A stretch of DNA of 64,000 nt from Mytilus trossulus (Eukaryota): NCBI RefSeq assembly GCF_036588685.1, contig NC_086379.1, forward strand, positions 31,868,001-31,932,000, read 5' to 3'. A program made the position numbers and the translations under genes. This document shows positions 11,801-24,906 of the stretch, piece after piece. Numbering within the stretch: the stretch's first letter is position 1; every line of letters starts with the position of its first letter. The notes beneath the pieces are model-generated. The model had not been told where the DNA came from and searched no databases. It saw only the letters and a list, made by a program, of their open reading frames with translations.

Positions 11801-14800
11801 AAAATTAAACTAAGTTTGATTTTAACAAAAATTAAATTCTTGGGCCTCTTTGATATGCTGAATCTAAACATGTACTTAGATTTTTGATTATGGGCCCAGT
11901 TTTCAAGTTGGTCCAAATCAGGATCTAAAATTATTATATTAAGTATTGTGCAATAGCAAGTCTTTTTAATTGCACAGTATTGTGCAATGGCAAGAAATAT
12001 CTAATTTCACAATATTGTGAAATAGCAAATTTTTTTTTAATTAAGAGTTATCTTTCTTTGTCCAGTATAGTTAGCAAGAAATATCTGCAAGAATTTTTTT
12101 TAATTGGAGTTATCTTTCTTTGTCCATAATCAACTTAAATCTTTGTTATATACAATATACAATGTATATTCACTTTTTCTACCAACTGATAAATTTAAAT
12201 AATCTTTACCATTCAGTGATAACAAGCAGTTTTTTTACATCTTAATATTTTATGATGTATTTAAATGAGTAGTAATTGTTGCAAACTTCATTAGAATATT
12301 CTAATTGAAATTAGTTTTGGAATAAGGGAAAGGGGGATGTGAATAAAAAATTGGGTTCAATTTTTCTCATTTGAAATTTCATAAATAAAAAGAAAATTTC
12401 TTCAAACATTTTTTTGAGAGGATTAATATTCAACAGCAGTGAATTGCTCTAAGAGAAAACAAAAATTTTAAGTTCATTTGAATACATTCATTCTGTGTCA
12501 GAAACCTATGCTGTGTCAACTATTTAATCACAATCCAAATTTAGAGCGGAATCCAGCTTGAATGTTGTGTCCATACTTGCCCCAACCGTTCAGGGTTCAA
12601 CCTCTGCGGTCGTATAAAGCTACGCCCTGCGGAGCATCTGGTTCTATATTCTAAAGATAAATTAACTTTAGTCACTGTGTATCATCAGTACAGCTGATAT
12701 TGGTACTAACCAAGTAGGCATGATCGATTTTGACCCTACAAGGTAACAAAAATCTTTGTTTTGCTTTATCAATATTGAAAAATAAATTTCTTAAGATTTG
12801 CAAATCCTGCTCCCAAATAATTTTCACATCGATTTTTTCCTATTTATAAAACAACTTTGATATTCTTATTAAAACAATTAACTTGTAAATGCACAAATAG
12901 TTGTGAATGTCAACACCGACTTTCAATTTCTATACAGTTATCGAGACATTTATCATGTTTACATGTTTTATCTGAAAGAAAGCTAATACAGGACAAAAGT
13001 AATAGTTTCCAATCAAAACCTACCTGTGATTACTCATTTCTTGAAATTTTTGGGTAATAAATGAGTATGAAAATAAAGTTGTTGTGTACAGTGAAGGCAA
13101 CTTAACTTTGCACCGTACAGAAGGATTTATGTGGTCAGCTAAACACTGTACACAATGCTTCATTTCTTAATAAAATAAAAAAAATTAAAAATATGCATGA
13201 AAGATTTCAATGCCAATTATTGAAGCAGCCATATTTTCAATGAATATAGAATTATATCGGATGAGACGAGAGTCAACTTTGACAAGAATTTTTACATGTT
13301 TTTATACGACCGCAAAAATTGAAATTTTTTTTCGTTGTATATTGCTATCACGTTGTCGTCTGCGTCGTCCTCGTTGTCCGAATACTTTTAGTTTTCACAC
13401 TCTAACTTTAGTAAAAGTGAAAAGAAATCTATGAAATTTTAACAAAAGGTTTTTGACTACACACAAAAGGAAGGTTGGGATTGATTTTGGGAGTCTTGAT
13501 CCCAACATTTTAGGAATTAGGGACCAAAAAGGGCCCAAATAAGGATCTTCTTGGTTTTTGCACAATAACTTTAGTTTAAATGAATAGAAATCTATGAAAT
13601 TTTGACACAAGGTTAATGACCACAAAAGGAAGGTAGGGATTGATTTTGGGAGTTTTGGTTCTAACAGTTTATGAATAAGGGGCCAAAAAAGGGGCCAAAT
13701 AAGCTTTTGTTTATATAGATTAGACCGTTGGTTTTCCCGTTTGAATGGTTTTACACTAGTAATTTTGGGGCCCTTTATAGCTTGTTGTTCGGTGTGAGCC
13801 AAGGCTCCGTGTTGAAGGCCGTACTTTAACCTATAATGGTTTAATTTTTAAATTGTTATTTGGATGTTGAGTTGTCTCATTGGCACTCACACCACATCTT
13901 CCTATATCTATTATTCTTGGTTTTTGCACAATAACTTTAGTTTAAGTAAATAGAAATCAATGAAATTTAAACCCATGGTTTATGACCTCAAAAGGAAGGT
14001 TGGTATTGATTTTGGGAGTTAGGGTCCCAACAGTTTAGGAATAAGGGGCCAAAGGGTCCAAAATTAAACTTTGTTTGATTTCATAAAAAAATAAATAATT
14101 GGAGTTCTTTGATATGCTGAATTTAAGTGTGTAAATAGATTCTTTATTTTTGGTTCTGTTTTTAAATTGGTCTACATTAAGCCTAAGGTCCAAAGGGTCC
14201 AAAATTAAACTTAGTTTGATTTTGACAAAAATTGAATCCTTGGGGTTCTTTGATATGCTGAATCTAAAAATGTACTTAGATTTTTACTTATTGGCCCAGT
14301 TTTCGAGTTGGTCCAAATCGAGGTTCAAAATTAAACTTTGTTTGATTTCATAAAAAATTTAATAAATGGGGTTCTTTGATATGCCAAATCTAACTGTGTA
14401 TGTAGATTTTTTTTTTTGGTCCTGTTTTCAAATTGGTCTACATTAAAGTCCAAAGGGTCCAAAATTAAACTTAGTTTGATTTTAACAAAAATTGAATTTT
14501 TGAGGTTCTTTGATAATATGCTGAATCCAAACATGTACTTAGATTTTTGATTATGGGCCCAGTTTTCAAGTTGGTCCAAATCAGGATCCAAAATTATTAT
14601 ATTAAGTATTGTGCTATAGCAAGAAATTTTCCATTGCACAGTACTCAGCAATAGCAAGAAATCTTCAATTCCACAGTTATGTGCAATAGCAAGAAATTTT
14701 CAATTGCACAGTATTGCACAATAGCAAGAAATCTTCAATAAAACAGTATTGTGCAATAGCAAGTATTTTCAATTGCACAGTATTGGACAATATTGTGCAA

Positions 14801-17800
14801 TAGCAAGAAATTTCAATTGGAGTTATCTTTCTTTGTCCAGAATAGTAGTTGAATCAACTTAAATCATTGTTTTATACAATATACAATGTATTTTCACTTT
14901 TACTACCAACTGATAAATTAAAACAATCTTTACCATTCAGTGATATCAAGCACTTTTTTTACATTTTAATATTTTATGATGTATTTAAATGAGTAATTAT
15001 TGTTGCAAACTCCATTAGAAATTTGAATTGAGATCGGTTTTGGAATAAAGGAAAGGGGGATGTGAAAAAAAATTGGGGGAGGGGGGGGGGGTCAATTTTT
15101 CTCATTTGAAATTTCATCAAAAAAAAAAAGAAAACTTCTTCAAACATTTTTTTGAGAGGATTAATATTCAACAGCATAGTGAATTGCTCAAAGGCAAAAC
15201 AAAAATTTTAAGTTCATTAGACCACATTCATTCAGTGTCAGAAACCTATGCTGTGTCAACTATTTAATCACAATCCAAATTTAGACCTGAATCCAGCTTG
15301 AATGTTGTGTCCATACTTGCCCCAACCGTTCAGGGTTCAATCCCTGCGGTCGTATAAAACTGCGCCCTGCAGAGCATCTGGTTAAGTACATGTAGTTGTT
15401 CTTGTTTTTGAAAAATAATGAGACATCTTTAATCATCAACCTACGACCAAATCATTTCTTAAAACAACAGTTATGTTTAGATTGAAGTACACATTGATAT
15501 TATGTGAACAAAACAAAGATTTTCGTTACAGTGTAAGGTCAAAATCGCTCACGCTTGGTTAGTACATTTGTACCTATATCCGCTGTACAATGATACACAG
15601 TGTTAGTTTTCTTGTTTTAATTGTTTTACATTGTCACAATATCTGGGCCTTTTATAGCTGACTATGCGGTATGGGCTTTGCTCATTGTTGAAGCCCATAC
15701 AGTGACCTATAGTTCTTAATTTCTGTGTCATTTTGGTCTCTTGTTGACAGTTGTCTCATTGGCAATCATACCACATCTTCTTTTTTTATAATTAGTTTCA
15801 CACTAACATGACTAAACAATTAGATACAGTCTGCGGTTAAGTTTGTTTCACATCAAATACTTTGTCAAACCTCCATAGAATTTTATGAAACTGTAGGAGA
15901 AGCTTTTTTATGATTAAAAAATAATGTTTTTTTCATTTTCAGTTTATTTCTAATACATTTTTAGATGAAAAGTTATTTTTTTACAGTTAACATTTACAGA
16001 CAGTCTGGGATTAACTTTTTATGGCATGATACTGATAAGATTGTAATTATATAAACCTTCATGGATTTTTATGAAACTTAAACAGAAGCTAATCTCATAG
16101 ACAAAGAAAAATTTATTTTAAATTATGTATTTTACTGACGAATGGACGATCTCTTTTATAGTGAACATTACACTTTTACACAGACAGCATTAATCATGGG
16201 CAAGACACAGGGTTCTGCAGACCCCTTATGAATTTTTAGTTTAACTAGTTATTGCTATACTCCTCAGAAAATATAATGAATATTTGCAAAAGATTTTTTA
16301 CTTTATCATGTTTTAATTTTAGTAAAGACTTTTCATTAAAAAATAAAAGGTTGTTTCCATCTAGGTATTCACCAATGAAAACTCTAAGATAAGACCTAAT
16401 ATGTTATAGAGACTAAACATCTTTTTATTTGTGAAACAAATTCTTACAGCAGTAAAAGTTTTCAGTAATCTTTTCCAGGATTGGATAATACCTCAAACAA
16501 ACCCATTATGTGCTGAATGTGATAAACCAATGGTACTGGTTGTACAACTTTACTGTCCATTAGATGGTTCAATATACCACAGGACACTTTATGTATTTAC
16601 ATGTGTCAACTGCAAGGACAATAAGTAAGTATTATGAGTATAATACATTTTTTTCTAGTCTCAATCATGTCAATATTAAAGATATATAGAATCAATTAGA
16701 TTCTTTTAAAATCTCATAACTTTTTAATCATTCTAACTCAATAGTTGTTTTTGGCAAAACCTTAATGCTCTTGCACAAATTGCACCTAATATACTTTATT
16801 TTGCCTTTTTAGCTTTTTTCTTTTAACCTTCACTGATGAGTCTTTTCAAGACAAAATGTGTGTCTGAGGTTATAAATATTAATCCTTGTATATATCTATG
16901 ATGAGTTTATCTGGGATAACTATAAAGGTTTTAATACTCATAATGGTCATTGTCCATTTGTCTATACATTGTATATGCTATTATAGATTATTGTTTAAAA
17001 ATCAGATCTTCGATAATTTCTGTTTATTTTATTCACAATTTTAATATTTCCAATTTAGAGCTTGACATATTATATGGAACTATAATGTATTAACATGATT
17101 AAAGCCTTATTATTGTTGAATATTGTATAGGTACTTTTTATACTACATTAATTGATTATTTGTGTCATCAGTGGACATATTATATTATTACATAAAATTT
17201 CTTAAGAATTTCAATATTCTTTTAAAAGATGTATTAAATAATTTTGTAAAACAATACCTATTTCAAGAAAAAGAAAATTTTAACCACTTAAATAAGCACA
17301 GATTTCTAGCTACATGTGTGCTGCATAATATTTGTTATTTGCATTTTACATGTTTAAAGGATTATCCAAATAGTATTCACACTAATATTGATAGAATAAT
17401 TAATCCAAGAATTCAAATATAGAAAAAAATCTTTTAGATTAATGACAGACATGACAGAACAACAAATTAATTCACAAACACACATAGCAGATTAGATAAT
17501 TGTTAGTATAATGAAACTGCATGCACCAAGTTGAATGTTCTTTCATTTTTGTCGAGCCTGCAACTTTTGTTGCAGAAAGCTCGACATAGGGATAGTGATC
17601 TGGCGGCGGCGGCTACGGCGGCGGCGGCGTTAGCTCACTTCTTAAAAGCTTTATATTTTAGAAGGTGGAAGACTTGGATGCTTCATACTTTGTATATAAT
17701 TGCTTCATGTTACGAAGTTTCCGTCAGTCACATGTCCAATGTCCTTGACCTCATTTTCATGGTTCAGTGACCACTTGAAAAAAAAGTTCAGATTTTTTGT

Positions 17801-20800
17801 AATGTTGAATTCTCTCTTATTATAAGTAAAAGGATAACTATATTTGGTAAGTGCGTACCTTGCAAGGTCCTCATGTCTGTCAGACAGTTTTCACTTGACC
17901 TCGACCTCATTTCATGGATCAGTGAACAAGGTTAAGTTTTGGTGGTCAAGTCCATATCTCAGATACTGTAAGCAATAGGGCTTGTATATTTGGTGTATGG
18001 AAGGAATGTAAGGTGTACATGTCCAACTGGCAGGTGTCATCTGACCTTGACCTCATTTTCATGGTTCAGTGGTTATAGTTAAGTTTTTGTGTTTTGGTGT
18101 GTTTTTCTCATACTAAATGCAACAGGTCTACTATATTTGTTGTATGGAATGATTGTAAGGTGTACATGTCTAGCGGGCAGATGTCATGTGACCTTGACCT
18201 CATTTTCATGGTTCAGTGGTCAAAGTTAAGTTTTCGAGTTTTGGTCTTTTTATCTAATACTATATATGCCATAGGTCAACTATATTTGGTGTATGGAAAT
18301 ATTTTATATCTTTATGTCAGTCGTGCAGGTTTTATTTGACCGTGACCTCATTTTCACGGTTCATTGCACAGTGTTAAGTTTTTGTGTTTTGGTCTATTTT
18401 TTTTCAACTATACCTAATAGGTCAACTATATATGTTGTATAGAAGCATTGTTAGCTGTACATGTCTGCCTGGCACGGTTCATCTGACCTTGACCTCATTT
18501 TCATGGTTCATTGGTCTTTGTTTAGTTATCTTGATTAATGTTAAGTTTATGTGACAGTTGTAATAAAGCTTTATACTTAGGACTATCAACATAATATCAA
18601 TGATTAGTACAGAAGGCGAGACATTTCAGCGTGTGCACTCTTGTTTAAATCTCAGATTATGTTTGTTGTATTGTCTTTTTAATCATCATCATCATCATCA
18701 TCATCATCATTCAGTTAATGGGAATAAAGTAGAAAATGCAAGGAACTTTTTCTGCACATTCTCAATTTGTATTTTGTATTACCCAATATCATGAATTTAA
18801 TAATGAAGTCATTAGTTTTATATATATTTTATTTTATTTTCAAAAAGATGGACAGTAATACGTCAACAAAGTCTGAGCATAACTGAAAGTAAAACAATAG
18901 AAAAAAAATTACCATCTACAAAAAGTGATGATGATTGGGGTGTTAAAACAGATGATTGGGGAAGTGATATGGATGATTGGGGAGCTGAAGCAGATGATTG
19001 GGGAACAGATGCAGATGATAGGGGAGGAGAATCTAACGTAAATGGTCTAGCTGATAACACATTGGACTTCAGCACAGAACACAAAGATTCATATAGCACA
19101 GAGTCAGTTACTGGTAAAAGTCACGAAGAATGCTTTAGAAGCAATATGAATAACAATCATCAGTTAGTAACCTGCTCAGACTTAAACAAACCTTCAAAAT
19201 CAAGCTTGTTGGTGGAAAACATAGGTAGTGTGAACAATGATGAAGAAGAATTAGTATCAGGATTATCAAATATAGAAGTTGATTCTGAGAATTCTATGAA
19301 TGTCATAGTTGAGGATGATATGGTTGATACAGACAGATTATATGAGGTAATGTCAGTTATAAAAGAGGAATCTAACAGTGTTGACAATACTTTACCTAAT
19401 GAACTGAGTTTACTCTCATTTTATGTCAATGTTTTGGAGGAGCCAGAAGATAGTTTGGATAGAGAAGAGGAAAAACATATAAAACAGTTACTAAAAAGTT
19501 ATGAGAGGGAGCAAGGAGCTGTTGATGAGGAAATGCAGGCAAGGTTTGAATGTTTGTTATTCCTAACTATCTATACAGTCATTGCAAATTGTCAGTTCAG
19601 TTTTCAATGTTCACAAGAATGTCAGACAGGCTCATTTTTTTTTTACAATTTTCAAATTTGTAGTACACATTTCCTAAGTAACAAACATTGAAAAATGATG
19701 TTTAATTCAGATTAGAAAAATTTTCATTGTGAGATGATTATCGGTTAACTAGAAAGGTATAAGACATTGTGACAAAACTAAGTATACCAATAAGTATAGT
19801 TTGCTAACTGGAAAACTAAAGATTAGAACATTGAAAAAACTATTGTTACAAGGTACATTTAACTCGAGAACATGAAGGAAGTATAGAAATTAGAATATAT
19901 GAGTTAAAAAGTGCATCCCAGACCTGGACATAATACTGATATGCTACAAGTATATAGAAATATTTAAATGGAGTGAGATAAAGCTTAAAAAAAGATAAAA
20001 TAAAGCAAGAAGAAAAAGCAAACATATATCATATATCATGTATATTGGCACAAAAATTGAAACAAAAATGGTGAAATGATTGAAAAGTTGAAAATGCAAT
20101 TGATAAAAATTCAATATAGATCAATATAGTAGTTACTCAAATGAAAAAAGACAGGCACAGCTCTAGCTATTTTGAAAAGAGGGGTTCCAACAGTGATTCA
20201 ACCCCCAGTACACCTTGAAACATTCACATATAAATGAAAAAAAAAATTGAGGAAAGGGCGATCCAACTTCTGGATATTTATATTTTCGTTGGTTAAAAAG
20301 CTTAACAAGTAGTGTTCACAAATAATTATTTTCTTTCAGAGGCAATAGTAGTGCTGGTGAGAAATATGAGAAAGCAAATCGGGCTGATGATTATTTTCAT
20401 AAATTTTCCAAGAGAATAGGAAGATATCCACCACAGATAATTAGGTCAGTTTATTTAATTTAAAAAAAAATAAATACAAATCATAAAGGTGTTTATGTCA
20501 AAAGAATTTGACTTATTAACATATAAAAAACTTAACAGTTCATATATGGTGAAGTATCATCTATGATAAACTGAAGTTGGTGACAGCTGTTTAGTAAGCT
20601 AACATCAATGTTATTATTTGATCTCTGGTGGATAGTTGTTGTATTGGCTATCATACCAAGTATCATTTTAGCTTTCAGTGGTAAGATTTGTATATGCCTG
20701 CTAAGTTAAAATCTTTCCACTCCAATAAGGAGATATGGTATGCTTGTCAATGATATTGCATATAAACTTTCTCACAGTGTATCATCAGTACACCGGATAT

Positions 20801-23094
20801 AGGTACTAACCAAGCGGGCATTATGGATTTTGACCTTACAAGGTGACGAAAATCTTTGTTTTGCTTTATCAATATTCAATGTACATTTCTCTTCCTTTGA
20901 AATTCCTGCTCTCAAATAATTTTTGCATCGATTTTTTCCTATTCATAGAACAACTTTGATATTCAAATAAGAACAAATAAATTGTTCATGCGCAAATAGT
21001 TGTGAAAATCAACACCCACTTTCAATTTCGATACAGTTGTTGAGACATTTACATGTTTTATCTGAAAGAAACCTAATACAGGGTAACAGTAATGGTTACC
21101 AATCATAAACCTACCTGTGAATACTCATTCCTTGAAACTGTTTGGGTAATAAACGAGTATAAAAATAAAGTGTTTGTGTACAGTGTAAAACAAACTTAAC
21201 TATGCACCGTACATAAGGATTTATGTGGTCAGCTAAACACCGTACACAACGCATCTTTAGGAATAAAATATCGAAAAATAACATATGTATGAAAGATTTC
21301 AATGCCAATTATTGAAACAGCTATACTTATTATACACACACATTGACCTTCTATCAGAAAAAGAGTTGCAATGGATATAGAATTATATCGTATGAGACGA
21401 GGGCCAATTCTTTTACAAGTATTTGAACATGCTTTTAGTAATCTCTCTAATCATTAACCTACGACCAAATGATTTCTTAAAACAGCAATTATGTTGAGAT
21501 TGAAGTACACATTGATATAATGTGAACAAAGCAAAGATTTTTCGTTACCTTGTTAGATCAAAATCGCTCACACCCTCTTGGTTAGTACCTATATCGGCTG
21601 TACGATGATACACAGTGTTCCTTTTTGATTTAAAAAAGGTGTGTAGTTCTAAAGTTATGGGACTTTTAACAGTTAGATATTTGACACACTATCTACACTC
21701 ATTATGGTATTCTCACACATGTATTCAACAAAGCCATTTTATTTGCTGATTATATGCTAATATCCAATTTATTTTTGCAACAATATCAATATACACAAAA
21801 AAGGTGAACCATGCATTCTTAATTAGCACAGCTTAGTACAAAATTCTAAACTGATATGTTTCCAAAATTGATACATAAAGCTCCAAATCTAAGCATGAGG
21901 GCTATATTGCATTCATTATGTCTGTCTGTTTTTTCTGTCAGATACCTACTTCCTGTTTGCCAATAATCATTATTTTCAATTTTCATTTATTTTAGATATC
22001 AATGGAATGGAAGCCCTCTGTATATCAGCAAACCTGATAAAGACTTATCTAAAGCTTCACAAGGAAAATGCCACTGTTGTGGTAGTGAACTTGTTTATGA
22101 GTTTCAAATAATGCCAGGACTTATAACCAAACTTAGCTTTAGCAAAAAGAAAGGTGAGTTCTGCTTTTTGCAGTAACAGGCAATATAAAAAATCCAAATA
22201 ATTTAGTATTTTTTTTCATTTTTCAATCCTTTTTCGTATAAAAAATGTATCAGCTCTTCAAAGAATCAATTGATTTTTGATTTTTTTTAAGAATAAGTAC
22301 ATGAAGTAAGACTGATTTTGTTCTGTTTTGCTGACACATTCTTGTCAATATAATTGAGTTTTTATGCGATATCCATTCAATCATTTGATGTATTTGAGCT
22401 ATTGATTTTGCCATTCATTAAAGGGTTTTCTATTTTGAATTTTTCATTGGAGTTCAGTATTTTGATATTTTACTTCTTAAATGGCTAGCAAACATACTGT
22501 CTTTCACTACTAACATCTGCTCATATCAAAACTAGGATCAGAACATGGTTTTCACATTTTGTATAAAGGAATGATTTGATATTTAATCTTGACCTTCTTC
22601 ATGGTGAGATGAACTTGGTAAGCTATTTTCAGGTCTGGCATGCAATCACTTTCTCTTTGAAGGTAGTTGAATTTTTTTATACATAACCAGCATGATAACA
22701 AAGGGAAATACTTAGCAAGACATGGTGCACAACTCTGGTTTTTTTTAAATGTCATTGTATTCTTGAATAGAGCATGCAAGTGACAGAACATGTTAAGAAG
22801 TAATTAAATAATCAAATAAAACAACTTTATTTAAAAAAAGAAATTATAAATTTGGCTTAAAATTAATAAGGTGCACAGAGATTTCGAGCATTAGCAAATG
22901 CATATGAATCCAAATTGGTATTGAATATTCTAATCAATGATTAGATTTTCCTTTCATCTTTTACAGGAATTGGTATAGAATATGGAACAGTAGTTATATA
23001 CACGTGTAAAGCAAGTTGTTGGACTGAGTCAAACAAAGGGTATACTGAACATTTGTTTATACAGTCAGATCCTGATCAGCATTTGTTGAAATAA
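8900..23094 (+). CDS. PDCD2L: Programmed cell death protein 2-like (PDCD2L/TSR4 family, uS5 chaperone), ~440 aa
   Basis: Exons 8900-8989 (MTSFVLLG..SKIGGNP), 16479-16624 (DW..CAEC..LVVQLYCPL..YHRTLYVFTC), 18848-19543 (W.V.R.Q, DDWG repeats, FYVNVLEEP), 20340-20444 (EKYEK..FHKF.KRI..P.QIIR), 21996-22153 (YQWNGSPL..CHCCG..YEFQIMP) and 22967-23094 (EYGTVVIYTCKASCW..QSDPD). Phases are consistent and the total is 1323 nt. Confidence 0.92.
10068..10232. repeat. 165-bp fold-back palindromic element
   Basis: ggaataacagtactgtagttgaagagttgccaccgtcaatt..tttgacggtcgcaaat is inverted almost perfectly. The centre is ccgctacgcgtcg. Confidence 0.85.
10693..12643 (+). mobile_element. Non-autonomous Helentron (HINE/DINE-1-like) element, copy 1, with internal satellite arrays
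   Basis: Starts in a T-run with TTTATACGACCGC, followed by a (GTC)n microsatellite, a ~150-bp tandem array (10780-11390) and ~125/250-bp units (11390-11930). The 3' end has the inverted subTIR GCGGTCGTATAAA, a short GC-rich tail and TT. Confidence 0.8.
12673..15602. mobile_element. CACTGTG-ended MITE (Transib/RAG-like), copy 1, split by nested insertions
   Basis: TIRs CACTGTGTATCAT..GTACAGC..GTACTAACCAAG at both ends and a perfect 5-bp TSD TTAGT. The internal sequence is collinear with 20773-21617 once 13299-15383 is removed. Confidence 0.85.
13299..15383 (+). mobile_element. Non-autonomous Helentron (HINE-like) element, copy 2
   Basis: Same termini and arrays as 10693-12643. It has an expanded ~33-bp array (gtattgtgcaatagcaagaaatttcaattgcaca, 14605-14820) and a ~200-bp retro-fragment inserted at ~13705-13911. 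Confidence 0.8.
17546..18646 (+). mobile_element. Second HINE-like family with (GGC)n and ~150-bp tandem units
   Basis: 5' ttttGTCGAGC..GCTCGAC hairpin, a GGC microsatellite, ~6 units containing gaccttgacctcattttcatggttca, and a 3' end ggcgagacatttcagcgtgtgcactcttgtt. Confidence 0.7.
18682..18710. repeat. (ATC)n microsatellite
   Basis: About 9-10 perfect units. Confidence 0.95.
20773..21617. mobile_element. CAC(A/T)GTG-ended MITE (Transib/RAG-like), copy 2, 845 bp, uninterrupted
   Basis: ~42-bp TIRs. Flanks are TTTCT and TTCCT, a 4/5 match to a 5-bp TSD. Confidence 0.85.
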
Positions 23095-24906
23095 TTGTAT
23101 TAAAAAAACCTGATGACAAACTTGTTTATTCTTCATATTCATATAGATATAGGCAACAGTAGTATACCACTGTTCAAAAGTCATATCTATTATCAATAGT
23201 CATGACAGAGCATCACACATAAGCTTCTGGAAATGAGACTAACAGCAATGTCTGTCATTTAAAAAAAAAGGATATCTTTTGAATGTACATCCAATGGTCT
23301 ATTGAGTTTACCAATTGTATCATAGAAGGAATTTTTATATTTCCATTCTAAAAACAAGGGCTTTAGTGCACTAACCTTTCCATTCATTTGGGGATTTTTT
23401 TTACATTCACATATATTTTGTCACACTTTTCCCAGGAACTACAAACTGATTAGAATGACTTCATATTTGGTCTTCAGATTGACAGTGGTTTGTTATATTG
23501 TGAGAGAGCTTTCTGTTCTGTCTGAATATAAAAAAAGAAGAGGTGGTATTGCCAATGAGACAACTCTCCACATGAGACCAAAATGGTACAGAAATTAACA
23601 ACTATAGATCACCACACGGCCTTCATAAATGAGAAAAAAATCATACCACATAGTCAGCTATAAAAGACCTGAAATGACAATGTTTAATAATTCTTTCTTC
23701 TTCTTCTTCCTGTTTTTTTTTTAGTTAAAAGTTAACTAGAGACTCTAAAGAGCCTGTGCACTCACCTTGGTCTATGTGCATATTAAAAAATGGACACACA
23801 TTAATATAGACAATAATAAATTTCATGACAAAATTGTGTATTGGTGATGGTGATGTGTTTGTAGAACTTACTTTACTGGAAATTATTGCTGTTCACAATT
23901 ATCTCTATCTTTAATGAACTTAGCCAAGTAGTTTCAGAGGAAAATATTTTGTAAAAATTTATGAAAATTGAGATTTTTATCATAATTACACTTTCAACTT
24001 CTATTGCTACTTGTGCGGTTCTGTCTTCTGTAACAAATACCCTATGATCTGCACACTTGATCTCAGAAATCAAATTTAGTTCTATCAAATATTGTCAAGT
24101 TATACGCCAAAAGACTGAAATCTATGGTAAATTCAAAACAAGAGAAGTCTATTTTACCAGACTCAATCAAACACTTAAACAAGTTGAACGGTAAAAATTG
24201 GAAACAACTGTTACATTCCTGACTTTCCCTAAAAAATGATTAAAATAATTATAATTAAACCCAGTACATTTGTTGTGGTTGACCCCTTACAGCAAGTGTT
24301 AATCAACAGTAGGATCATGGCTTTTTTGTTATCTATAATACCTGTATTAAAGAGTTATGTACATAAAGTTTTTCCACTGATCATGATTAAAAGAGGAAGG
24401 ACTATTTTCAACATCACTACACGTTCAAATTCCCATGCCTATTTCAAGGCAGAAATCTCATTAATGGTTGTCTTGTTACATCTTAATTATTTTCTGATTT
24501 AGAGAATAGTTTTATTTTAATGTAAATGAGCTGTGTAATTTAATTAGATAATTAACTTTTTGAAAAATTATGAATATTTCAAAATACTAGAGAAAAAGTA
24601 AATTCACAAAAATTCTAAATTCGATGAAAATTCTAAACGGAAAGTCTCTAATCAAATGACAAAATCAAAAGCTCAATTACTACAAACGTAGGGATAAGAA
24701 GTGTCATATTCCTAACTTGGTACAGACATTTTCATATGCAAAAAATGGTGAATTTAACATGATTTTTTGCCTAGCTAAATATCAGAAATATATTGCTTAT
24801 GTGAATGTCATACAAGTGAGAGATTTAGCAAGCTATAAAAACAGGTTAAATCCACCATTTCAACATTATATAATGCATGTACCAAGTCAGGATTATAAAA
24901 GTTTTA

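Noticed and set aside
13395-14657. ORFs of 135, 67 and 108 aa with internal repeats
   Set aside because: They are translations of satellite units inside the Helentron-like element.
14605-14820. CRISPR-like array (also 8043-8160)
   Set aside because: The units are contiguous with no unique spacers, lie in eukaryotic repeat context, and there are no cas genes.
18600-18794. His-rich ORF
   Set aside because: The poly-His is just the intronic (ATC)n microsatellite.
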